Source: Gnetum montanum (lineage: Eukaryota; Plantae; Gnetophyta). Taken from it: a stretch of 64,000 nucleotides of DNA. The stretch is from assembly GCA_015680685.1 (NCBI GenBank), contig MNCI01001687.1, positions 501,150 to 565,149 on the forward strand, given 5' to 3'. Shown piece after piece: positions 1 through 11,473 of the stretch (its first letter is position 1; every line of letters starts with the position of its first letter). The translations under genes were made by a program, and so were the position numbers. Under the pieces are notes generated by a model. The model saw only the letters and a list, made by a program, of their open reading frames with translations. It was not told where the DNA came from and ran no database searches.

Positions 1-1745
1 ATATGTTTTACATTCATGCACCATGGCCATGTGACATATCCTTTGACATGCTCTTACATTAATTTTATTGGATGTAGCAAATCTCATTCAATGAGAAAAC
101 AAAATAAAATTTGGCCTTGACAATGAAACCCAATGAAGGTTTTATCTCCCAAAAAAATTATGAAGAAAATTTGCTGAGAATCCAAGAGGATAATGAATTC
201 TAAAGCCAAATGAATAGTTTCAAACAAATAAAGGAAAGACCTTCATGGCCATAGATGCCCAAGAGTGGAGTCCTGGTTCTCCTAATAGATTATTGAGTAA
301 CTAATATTCTGAGAATAAAGTAGGAAGATCACTTCAATCAAGGAAGCATGTCACTATCATACTATAGCCATGATGTGAACATTTGGAATTCCTTGTTAAC
401 CCATATAACCATCTCCAATAGCCAATATAGACTTTATCTCTTCTCAAATTTGTAACACTCTATTGTGATCTTATTTCACCATCGCAAATACTCTTTGGCA
501 TGTTTTGATAGTCATAGAATCAATTCTGGAGGGGGAGAATTGATGATGAAACTATGGTGGTTTTTCACATTATTTATTAATCTATCTTGAGTTAATCCTC
601 AAAACATCAACAAATAGAAGCCAATGAAACACCCTAAAGAAAATTCATGGAAGTTCTCATGACTAAAATTCTTTAGAGTTTCATGAAAAAATAAAGGTTG
701 GTATAATTACCATATTTTCCCTAAAAGATATTGCATTATTACCCTGTATGAATAAAATTTAAGGTATCTTTCAATGTAAAAATTGAGATTTGTAGCTTAC
801 ACACTATACACCTCATACATCCTAGGTTATGGAGGCTAAGAAAAAGCTTCATAAGCTATAAATGCATTGTCATCTAACTTGTGGAAGTTGTAAATTTCAT
901 GTATCCCACCTTGCTAGAGTTGAAACTTCTTTTCAAGCTATAAAATTTAGTATTTTCATCTCATATGTTTGGCATTGTAGTTTCACATGGTTAGCAACTT
1001 GTATAGATAGCCTATAGGATTTAGGCTATAAGGGTCCTAGTCCCAAATGTTGGGCAACATGTAAGGATAGTGTGTGAAGGCAAAAAATTAGCTAAATTTG
1101 CTCATACTTTGCTAAAAAATGCCCTCAAGACACTAGAATTTTCAAAAAATTTATTAATAATCATGGTAGAATGTATCAGTCACAAATAAGGACCTAATAA
1201 CCTATTTAAATAAGATTTTTTTTTATTGAAAGGTCTTTTCAAAAATTTTCATCTAGACTAAAATTGAGACTTTTAGAGTGGTGAAAGAAATTAAATTTCC
1301 ACATCAATCATTTCCTCTAGCCCAAAGCATAGAGAGTAAAAAGTTACACTGCTACACATCAAATCAGGAGACTAGTGTAGGATGCAATTGCATAACACAA
1401 CCTACACATCTATGCCTCAATCATCAAGAAAAATTATTTCCTACAGTATTAAAAGCCTTGATTTCTACTTCTTTCTAAACTCACTTTTGCATTACTACAT
1501 TAAATATAAAAGTTGCAATTCTTTCTCATTTTCCAAATATTACTTGCATATTTTTCTTATTCTTGAATCTTGCATTGGGTTTTCCATGTTTTAAATCAGT
1601 AACAAAGTTTTTAAGTCTTTGGGTGATTAACAAGATCAACCAAGTTGCTTGAGATCCTTTTTTTGCAAGGCCCATGGATTCAAGGTTAAAAATATTTTGT
1701 AGTAAACTTTTTAGAGTTCTAACACTAAATTTTTCAAGTCCTATA
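1..1745 (+). mobile_element. 3' end (3' UTR + 3' LTR) of Tat-lineage element D, related to A; truncated by window start
   Basis: ~60-620 aligns by eye to A's 3' UTR (~55750-56270). LTR starts TGAAACACCCTAAAGAAAATTCAT at 625 after AAACATCAACAA..CAA, as at 56251-56300. Its end (~1745) resembles A's LTR end. Confidence 0.7.
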
Positions 1746-2194
1746 ATATGTAATTCTTTCAATTTATCAAGATGTTGATGTTAATTCTTAGAAAGAAAAT
1801 TGAGAAGAAACATCAAGCCTTTCCATTTATAATAAGATCATTTGATGATGAACCCCTTATGTTGAAACTAAAATTCCTTTCATTAATCCTAGACATTTAT
1901 AAATATTAGGAAGACTCTTAAGAGTACTTTTATCTATAATCTTTTATTTTCTTTATTTTTAAATTTATATTTTGATTAGGTAGGTAAAATATCATAAGAT
2001 AACACACATTAAAAATAAGAGTTTTCCCTACCTTCACTTGGACAACCAAATATGAGTTGGACTTTTTGTGATCCTAGTTAGGTCTGGTGATTAGAGTTTG
2101 GTAGATCTTTAATTTACCTCTTTTCATTATCACAGAGAATGAGATAATTATGGATAAAATAATATTTAATTTTTAACATATTTTTCTAAGTTAT

Positions 2195-3575
2195 TAAAAC
2201 ACCACCAAGAAAATTCATATTGCAAACTATAACTTTCATCTTCCAACTTGAGGTAAGGTTTCATAATAAATGTATGATTTGTAGTCCATGAGGTGGAATC
2301 TTACATACTTTAAATTTTTGAGACTGAAAAATGCCTCAAAATTTGTTAATGCCTTACTTCACAAGTAGAAAAAGTTACCTCATGTCTATATTTTGGCTTG
2401 GAAGTCTTAAAATTCCTTGGAAATTGCCAAATTTGGCATTTTGATGAGGTTTTATAAAGGTATAGACTCAACTACATTGCAACTATCTATCCCAAGTGTA
2501 GATGGTGTTGGGTTTTCATTTCCAACCAAAGCATAGTGTAGTCATTATAAATACCCAATGTAAATGCACATATACAGTGTTGGAATTGTTGGGATTTTCC
2601 ATTTTCCCAATAGTGGCTAGCTTAGTTAACCTAAGCTTTTAGTAGTTGTAGTAGGGTAAGCATAGACATCATGTTTACTAGAAGTTCTTAACAACATCAA
2701 CATTTTCCATCAATGTCAATTTTGTTAGGGTTGTTTCCATGTAGTCACAAAATTCTATTTACTATTTAAAGTATTTAGATGGGATGGTGGCTATGATGCA
2801 TACTGAGAATTGAAACCATTACACCTATGAATAGATATTAGTTTGTTAATAATAATGATAGTGACGCATAGGGCCTAAAATAAGAAATTCAATAGGCTAT
2901 AAAAGCCAACTATGAATACCTTATTTCTATAAACTAAGAAGCATTTCCACAACTTGAGAAAGACATTTTTCATTTTTGCAACCAAAACATGTTGTATCCT
3001 TACAATACCTTGGAGAAAAAATTGGTGTCTACATTGGGCATTAAAGACTTGTAATGTTAATTCACTACCTCAAACATGGAATACCATTTATGATCATAGT
3101 TTAGAATTTTAGTGGGAATGACCAGGGAGTTTCAGGAAACTAGAGTTACAAACTATCTGGATCACAAGATTCAAGCACAAAACACAACCTGCCAACTTTA
3201 ATGGACTTCAAGCTTCATCCAAGAAAACTTCTTGTGCCCTTGAGCACACAAATTTATATTTTTTGAACCTTACACTTTATGCATCTTCCATTTCAATAAT
3301 GTTATAGTTCATTATTGTATAGATTTAAGTTCAAGTTATAATATCTATGTCTATTTTTATTTCAAATCTACAATTCCATTTCCATTTTCATCATCATTTT
3401 CATTTCTATTTATGCTTCTATTTATATTTCCCTAAGTTCTTTGATGATCAATCAGACCATCGAGGATGCCTTGAATTCCATCTTTTGGAATCCCTTGGCA
3501 TCTGAGGCTAAAACTATTCTAGCACTGAGGATTTTCTGATTTCTATTATAGCAACTAAATTTTCTAGGTTCAATA
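2195..3575 (+). repeat. 5' LTR of element A
   Basis: TAAAACACCACCAAGAAAATTCAT...TTCAATA is colinear with 56273-57687 (TGAAACACTACCAAGAAAATTCAT...TCCAACA). Termini are decayed TG/CA. Confidence 0.85.
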
Positions 3576-3581
3576 GTTTTC

Positions 3582-3599
3582 TAGTGTAAGAAGAAGGGG
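3582..3599 (+). promoter_or_regulatory. Degenerate tRNA-Asn primer binding site of A
   Basis: TAGTGTAAGAAGAAGGGG, 12/18 match to TGGCGCTAGAAGGAGGGC, 6 nt after the LTR end. Confidence 0.6.
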
Positions 3600-5045
3600 C
3601 CCTACCAAAATCCTTCGGCCAAAAACCTATTTTCCAAGTTTCTTTTAGACACCAATTCTTTTACATTTTCAATTTTAAAACTTGCAAACATATTCAATCA
3701 AAGCCAACATTTCTTCTTAAACCATTTTCTAGATACCCCAATGTAGTTGTGATATGTGACTGGGGTTTTTACTATACTTTCACATTAGTTATTAGATTTC
3801 TTGAAACTAGCATAGCCTACCTTGAAAGTCTTAAATCCAAAAAATCAATTTCTATTTAAAAACCCAAATCCATCTACTATAAAATTTAGTGAAAAGAGTT
3901 AATGTGGACACTCATCATTTAGCATAGTTGGCTGGGAATCCTAGTAGTCTACTACACTAACCTCAAGCATAGACCTAGCTTGAAGTACCAATGTAGTTGG
4001 TGCTACCTGTTGGCACATTTTGGTCATTTCATGGAACAAAGATATGAGATGATTGAAACCTTCAAAATATTTCATTAGAACTATTGAAATGGTAAGATGA
4101 AGGTTGGAACTTTTACATGCCCATCTCGTTTATGGATATTCCAGAGGTCTGTCTAACTCTCATTTGGAACATGCTGTGAGGTGTATTAGGTATACTAGAG
4201 TATTGTCCTCAAAGCGACATCATTGGTTGTCTACAACATCAACTAAAGCATTCCTTGCATGGAGCCCTTAAGGAGGAAAGGCATGCATATCAGGGAGACC
4301 ATAACATTATTGGTGGAAATAATGATGCACATATGGAAGAGAATGAATAGAATATTGCAAGAGATAATGTGCCAATGGTGAATGAATTGATAAGAAAAGA
4401 ATATTTTCAAGAATTGATCATTTGGATACTGGTAAAGAATGAGCAAGAGCTATCCTTAGGGAAAGGTGGTAGAAAAATAGTGTTTCAGGCTGTTGATATT
4501 TGTTGAAGGTATCTACACTTTGCCTAGAATAATTTGGAAATAATTTCAAAAGAAATACAAATTTATCAAAGTTTGGGCAATATGTTGATTAGTAAGCTAT
4601 TGAAGGAAACAGAGGGCAGCAGCCCTCAAATAGGGATGCACGGCCAACAGGGCTAGGGTAGCCCTTGCATGACCTATGCAGCATGTAAACTCATGGAATG
4701 ATGCACCCTCAAGGCCACAAAACATCAAACAAACAAGGTTCCAAACAAAGACACCTTATCATAACTAGAGTTATTTTTGCCATGACCAGTAGCCGAACGA
4801 AAATGATCAAAACCATTAATCTCCATACCACGCAACGTTGACAACTATGAAATCAAATGGTGCCACTAAGACATGAAACTCTGCCAACCAACGATGCATC
4901 CCAACGTTACCAAACTGAGAAAAAGAAAAAAATATATGTAGAGCTTGAATCTGTCAAGGGCACTACTTCTGATTCAGCACAGTAGGGCAGAGAGGTGCAA
5001 AGCTATGTAGGAGATGAAGGAGGAGGAGGAAGAAGAAAAGAAATA

Positions 5046-5132
5046 ATGTATCTGTATAATCTAATGTTGCAACAGGCCACACGCGTGGTGTGTGCAACAT
5101 ATGGAAGCTTCATGGGTGGTAAGTTGTAGGAG
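5046..5132 (+). pseudogene. SF3B3: Captured N-terminal fragment of splicing factor 3B subunit 3 (SAP130) inside LTR
   Basis: Translates MYLYNLMLQQATRVVCATYGSFMGGKL*E. The plant SAP130 N-terminus as I recall it is MYLYSLTLQQATGIVCAINGNFSGGKTQE. Confidence 0.85.
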
Positions 5133-5184
5133 AGTTGCTGGCCGTACCTGAGCTCAAATTCAAGGGCGTTATCAATTTGGTATC

Positions 5185-5525
5185 CTCCAACAATTACTTA
5201 ATAACAGCAGCATGAAATATCAGTTGCTGAATGAAGACCTTGACGCTCTCATCTTAGTCACCACTAATGAAGACCTTGACAACATGATGGAGGAATACGA
5301 TCGCCTTCAACAACAACATCATTAGCAAAACCCTATGCAGACGCAGGCACCGGTTCAGGTTCAATCTCAGAATCAAGCTTAGGCTCAGGCTCCATCGGTC
5401 CTACCTCTGAAACAATCAAGGTTACGTCTCTTCCCGTTTTCTGCAAAATCATCTTACAATGAGTGCTCAAGTACGTGTTCCAGTCTGGGGCTGTTTCTAG
5501 ATTCTTCTAAGAAAGAGGGTTGGAA
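5185..5525 (+). pseudogene. Captured fragment of plant PB1 (octicosapeptide/Phox/Bem1p) domain gene inside LTR
   Basis: [34 protein letters not shown]...KQSRLRLFPF...LDSSKKEGW in one frame with CAG>TAG stops. Matches the family motif [32 protein letters not shown]...RLRLFLF. Confidence 0.92.
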
Positions 5526-7426
5526 CACTGATGCTGTTGGTCCCAAGGTTGGGCCGCAGGAGTTCCAGGAGGGTGTCATGATCAAGGTGAATTATTTTTC
5601 AAGTTAGAGCCAAAGACTAAGTTCAAAAATCAATGCAGGAAAATGGAACAGATGCCAGTAGAATCAGTGCAACAAAACGGAATGAGCAACAACATCAAGA
5701 GCATTGATGCTGGATGATCCACAAAATGCCCTAGAATTTTTTACGGGAATCCCTTGTTTCAAACGCAACATAGCATGTCATGGGATTCTTATGATGAAGC
5801 TTTTGAAGGCAGGGATTATGTTCTAGGTGAAGATTATTAGGATTTCAATTAAATTTTGTGCTGATGCTACAGAGATGGAGATGATCATGGAGTTACTGGA
5901 AGATTGCAAAATTCTCAGAAAAAGATGTAACGTCAGTCGGCACATGGCCAGACAGAGATGCCGCAGACCAGGGAAGCATTTAATATTTTTAATGGCATTT
6001 TGACTCCTCACGTGATCTGGAATATGGATTAATTTTATCAAATTAGGGGGCAAAGATATGACTCCTTAATAGATCCTAATAAATATANTGTTTGTAACCA
6101 CTACAAAAGACACTTGTCAACTACAACCTTTTTTTCTCCAAAATTGGCCACTTGTCAACTACATGGGACACGTGTCAACTGCAACTTGTTTCTCTCCATG
6201 GTGACCACTTGGCAATTGAATGAAGACACTTGGCCATGAAATAGGACACTTGTCCATTGTAGCATTTTTATCTCTTTGGTGGTTGAAACAACCCAAGATA
6301 TTTTGTAACTTCCCTAGCTACCTTTGAACCCTATAAAAAGGCTTCATGGGTCAAGGAGGAGGGGGGATCATCATACATCATCACTTAAGATATCATCACA
6401 CTTGGGGTCTCATACATCACACTTTGAAGGTTACTAGTTAACACTTGGGCTCTCACTCGGAGACATACTTGAGGTCTTGAGAAGAGCTTTGTAAAGAAAT
6501 CGTGAACGATTGCTTGCAAGATGGCTTGCTAGAATAAAGATTTCAGCCTCTTTGTCACGGTCTTTTGAGTTATCGATTTCATTTTTTGTTTTGTTTAAAT
6601 TGTTTAGCTAGTGGTTTAGATAGTATCATCCTTGGCAAGTAATTTTGGGAATTTTAGATTGCTCTTACTGTACTTGTTGCCCAATAGAAATTTCTATTAA
6701 AATTTTGCCATAGAAGTACTTGTGTTTAAAAGCCTTAAGAGCATTTTAGTAGTAAATTTCGTTATTGTGCAACGTATGGGAATAGCTATTGGGATTGTTG
6801 TAAGAGAGCCTCTATTTGTAGTCACACCGTTGAACAATTCAGTAGTTGAGAGGATTCAAAAAATCTTTGGTATTTTGATGGAACCAGAATAGCTTATTTT
6901 TATCTTTAAAGTGAATTCCCTTGGTATTTCAATAGGAAATTGTCAAGTCTTTTAAAGGTTCTATTTGAATGCAATCATTGACATCTATTATCTAGTCAGA
7001 ATGGAGTCTCGTACGTGGTAGTTTTGCAGCAATTTTTGGTAGCATAGTAGGATTGTCTTGAAGATATTACTTGTTTGAGCCTTGGAAGTTTGAACAATTC
7101 GTAGATATTGAATTTGGGATAGCTTTATTGCGAAGTGTTTACTCATGTCATTTTACCTTGTTTAAATATTTGAGGTCCACACAAATCTACTTTNNNNNNN
7201 NNNNNNNNNNNNNNNNNNNNNNNNNNNNNNNNNNNNNNNNNNNNNNNNNNNNNNNNNNNNNNNNNNNNNNNNNNNNNNNNNNNNNNNNNNNNNNNNNNNN
7301 NNNNNNNNNNNNNNNNNNNNNNNNNNNNNNNNNNNNNNNNNNNNNNNNNNNNNNNNNNNNNNNNNNNNNNNNNNNNNNNNNNNNNNNNNNNNNNNNNNNN
7401 NNNNNNNNNNNNNCCAACAGTTCTTT

Positions 7427-7444
7427 TGGCGCTAGAAGGAGGGC
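7427..7444 (+). promoter_or_regulatory. tRNA-Asn primer binding site of B
   Basis: TGGCGCTAGAAGGAGGGC, complementary to the plant tRNA-Asn(GTT) 3' end (...GCCCTCCTTCTAGCGCCA), 7 nt after the LTR. Confidence 0.9.
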
Positions 7445-7544
7445 TGAAAATTACGCCTCTAGGTTCATAATCCTTATAATTTTAGTACATCAACAATTCT
7501 TTGTTGCTATAAAGGCTTACGAAATTAGATACTATTTTTAGTTT

Positions 7545-9210
7545 ATGACCAAGAATATTGATAGTTTGGAAAGTTTCAAAGTTTCACAGGATATTCTAGA
7601 TTCTAAGACTGATTCTTCATCAGAAGAAGAACAAAAGAAAGTTTTTGAATTGGGAACAAGTAGTGGAGTGAAAACTAGAAGATCAAGAAGATCACCCATT
7701 ATATTTGGTTTGTCAATTCGTAAGAGAAGATCTAGAAAGTATAAGAGTTCAACATTTCAAAGGAATAGGATGGCAAATCCTTGGCAAGGAGTTACACCAT
7801 TAGGATTTCAAAATTACAATGATAATCCTAAGGTAGTTTACAAATATTTGCCTAAGCCTTTCATTCCGGGAAAAGCTTATTTAGCTAAAGAATATATTCA
7901 CATGTTTGAGTTAGCTTTAGCTCATGCAAATATTCAACATGAAGATCAAGCTCGTAGGTTGTTTGTATCAAATCTAAAGGATATGGCTTAGATTTGGTAT
8001 TCAAACTTACCAAGAAATAGTATTACAAGTTGGGATGATAAGAAGAATCTTTTCTTGGCCCAGTTTGGTAATCAATTAGATCAACAACAACTATACTGTG
8101 GATTGATACAAGCTAAGCAAGGAGTTAAAGAGTCAATTAGAGATTTCAACATCAAGTTTCAACGAATTTGTGGACTCTTTCAAAGGCAATATAGGACATC
8201 AGAAGAAATTCTTAAGGAAACTTACCTTAAGGTTGTCAACCCCAACATTTCAATTTGGTTAAGGAGAACTCCAAACTTAACTACACTAAATGACTATTTT
8301 AGTGAAGCTATACAGTTAGAAAAATAGTTGAATCTTGAAGAGAATATCACGATTCAAAAAAGAGAAAAAAGTGTTATGATTCCTATGCAAGATTTTGCTC
8401 AATTTAAAGCTTTACCAGGTCCATATCACGTTAAGAAAGAGTATGAACATGAAAGAGTGGGATCTGAAAAAGGACAATTAATGAGAGATATGTCTAACAA
8501 AATAGTGAAGCTTGAAAAAGCATTGGCAAGAGTTAATATTAAGGAAGAAAGGAAAAATAGAAAGCATGAACATCAAGACACTAAGTTAGTAGAAGATGAG
8601 GATGAAAGTGATCTTATTATTTTCAACTTTCTTGATATTGAATTTGATAATGAGTTATCTAGTGTTCACTATGCAAGTAAATCTTCTCGCAATGGATCTA
8701 GTGATACTTCTTCTCTATCAAGTTCTGAAGAAGATATGTCTTCGGATGAAGAGTGTAATAACAATGAGGAAAAAAGATATAGTCTTCGATCTAAGGAAAG
8801 ACTAACTACTTCTAGATCCCCAAACGTTATTACTGATCCATCTACTAAGAGAAGAGATTTTAAGCCAAGTAGAAAGGATAAGAATAAAGGTAAAGACAAT
8901 CAAGTGGAGGAAAGCACTCCAAATCAGTCTTTCAATAAATGGATAAAGAGATCAAGCTTTATTGGTGATGGAGTATATGGTTTGATTAAAGACCTTAAAC
9001 ATGTCAAGGCCAATATTAACCTCTATCAGTTGCTTCAAATGGGAGATCAACAAAGAAAGGCGTTAGAGTTCATTAAAGGTAAAAGGAGAGCTAGAGAATC
9101 AGAGTTAAGTTATGTGTCTAACAATGATGAAAAATTAAAGACTTCATATGATAAGGAAGCTCCTCCTTTCCTTTTGACAATGAAATTAAAGGATAATTCT
9201 TACACAATTG
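7545..9210 (+). pseudogene. gag: gag of element B (two in-frame TAG stops)
   Basis: RLFVSNLKDMA*IWYSNLPRNSITSW and KQGVKESIRDFNIKF (Retrotrans_gag-like). ORFs 7545, 8055 and 8328 share one frame. Confidence 0.85.
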
Positions 9211-9374
9211 TTTGGTTGATTCTGGAGCTACGTCTACTATAATGCCATTGTTTATATGTAAGAAACTTGGTTTGATTCCTGAAAAATCAAATAGAAAGAT
9301 TGTTCAAGTGGATAAAAGTAGAGTGAAGATTGTGGGTCAATTACCAAGTGTTCTATTGGAAATTTCTTCTGAAC
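9160..9374 (+). pseudogene. Aspartic protease of B (frameshifted from gag, cut by gap)
   Basis: PPFLLT...LHNCLVDSGATSTIMP...LGL (DSG catalytic motif). Confidence 0.85.
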
Positions 9375-10175
9375 NNNNNNNNNNNNNNNNNNNNNNNNNN
9401 NNNNNNNNNNNNNNNNNNNNNNNNNNNNNNNNNNNNNNNNNNNNNNNNNNNNNNNNNNNNNNNNNNNNNNNNNNNNNNNNNNNNNNNNNNNNNNNNNNNN
9501 NNNNNNNNNNNNNNNNNNNNNNNNNNNNNNNNNNNNNNNNNNNNNNNNNNNNNNNNNNNNNNNNNNNNNNNNNNNNNNNNNNNNNNNNNNNNNNNNNNNN
9601 NNNNNNNNNNNNNNNNNNNNNNNNNNNNNNNNNNNNNNNNNNNNNNNNNNNNNNNNNNNNNNNNNNNNNNNNNNNNNNNNNNNNNNNNNNNNNNNNNNNN
9701 NNNNNNNNNNNNNNNNNNNNNNNNNNNNNNNNNNNNNNNNNNNNNNNNNNNNNNNNNNNNNNNNNNNNNNNNNNNNNNNNNNNNNNNNNNNNNNNNNNNN
9801 NNNNNNNNNNNNNNNNNNNNNNNNNNNNNNNNNNNNNNNNNNNNNNNNNNNNNNNNNNAGAGATATGAGATGATTGAAACCTTCAAAATATTTCATTAGA
9901 ACTATTGAAATGGCAAGATGAAGGTTGGAAATTTTACATGCCCATCTCTTTTGTGGATATTCTAGAGGTCTATCTAACTCTCATTTGGAACATGCTGTGA
10001 GGTGTATTAGATATACTAGAGTATTGTCCTCAAAGCGACATCATTGATTGTCTACATCATCAACTAAAGCATTCCTTGCATGGAGCCCTTAAGGAGGAAA
10101 GNTTCTAATGAAATATTTTGAAGGTTTCAATCATCTCATATCTCTGTTCCATGAAATGGTCAAAATGTGCCAACA

Positions 10176-10190
10176 TTTCTGCCCCCCTTT
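10176..10190 (-). promoter_or_regulatory. Polypurine tract of B (on inverted contig)
   Basis: Minus strand reads AAAGGGGGGCAGAAA directly followed by TGTTGGCACATTTTG (LTR start). Confidence 0.8.
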
Positions 10191-10993
10191 AAAAGCTCAA
10201 AGAAATTTATGCAAGCCCTTTTAAACTGAACTGTACTTAAAGCTTTTATTGAACTTTTTACAGCTGAAAAGAAATATTTTTAGAGGAAAAAAAAATAAAC
10301 AAAAGAAACTGTACATTATTAAGTCCTTTGTTCATGAACTATTCTTGAGATGGGAAGATAATGAGGAGGATTCCGCTGGTAGGAATCCTCATATCTCTAG
10401 CCTTCTCATCTTCTTTCTCAAATGAATTCTCATCTTTATGGAGTGTACAAATTTTATTTTCAACACGTCCTTTTTCAGCCATTTTACTTCTTCCATTTGA
10501 AGNACAATATGTTGATCAGTAAGCTGTTGAAGGAAACAGAGGGCAGCGGCCCTCAAATAGGGATGCGCGGCCAGCAGTGCCAGGGCAACCCTTGCATGAC
10601 CTATGAAGCATGTAAACTCGTGGAATGATGCACCCTCAAGGCCATGAAACACCAAAAAAATAGTAACAGGGAGAATCACCTAGAAGGTCCAAACAAAGAT
10701 ACCTTATCATAACCAGAGTTATTTTTGCCATGACCAGCAACCGAACGGAAATGATGATAACCATTAATCTCCATACCACGCAGCATTGACCACCATGAAA
10801 TCAAACGGTGTTGCTAAGACATGAAACTTTGCCAACCAGCGATGCATCCCAACATTACCAAACTGAGAAAAAGGAAAAAATATATGCAGAGCTTGAATCT
10901 ATCTAGGGCACTACTTCTGATTCAGCACAGTAGGGTAGAGAGGTGCAAAGCTATGCAGGAGATGGAGGAGGAGGAGGAAGAAGAAAAGAAATA

Positions 10994-11080
10994 ATGTATC
11001 TGTATAATCTGATGTTGCAGCAGGCCACAGGCATGGTGTGCGCAACATATGTAAGCTTCATGGGCGGTAAGTTGTAGGAG
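10994..11080 (+). pseudogene. SF3B3: Second copy of captured SF3B3/SAP130 N-terminal fragment
   Basis: MYLYNLMLQQATGMVCATYVSFMGGKL*E. Confidence 0.85.
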
Positions 11081-11132
11081 AGTTGCTAGCCATACCTGAG
11101 CTCAAATTCAAGGGTGTTATTGATTTGGTATC

Positions 11133-11473
11133 CTCCAACAATTACTTAATAATGGCAGCATCGAATATCAGTTGCTGAATGAAGACCTTGACGTTCTCAT
11201 CTCAGTCACCACTAATGAAGACCTTGACAACATGATGGAGGAATACGATCACCTTCAACAATAACATCATTAGCAAAACCCTACGCAGACGTAGGCATAG
11301 GTTCATGTTTAATCTCAGAATCAAGCTCAGGCTCAGGCTCCATCGGTCCTGCCTCTGAAACAATCAAGGTTACGTATCTTCCCATTTTCTACAAAATCAT
11401 CTTGTAATGAGTGCTCAAGTACATGTTCTAGTCTAGGGCCATTTCTGGATTCTTCTAAGAAAGAGGGTTGGAA
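11133..11473 (+). pseudogene. Second copy of captured PB1-domain fragment
   Basis: [34 protein letters not shown]...SRLRIFPF. Confidence 0.9.

Larger units (their letters stand above)
4008..7419 (+). repeat. 5' LTR of element B
   Basis: Terminal inverted TGTTGG/CCAACA; TATA-like CTATAAAAAGG at ~6332; direct repeat of 9859-12965 (5 differences in one 120-bp sample, all transitions). Confidence 0.9.

Noticed and set aside
4655-4715. LOB-domain-like GSPC..AACKL..C motif (also CKILRKRC at ~5905)
   Set aside because: Cys spacing is wrong and the match is too short to call without a search.
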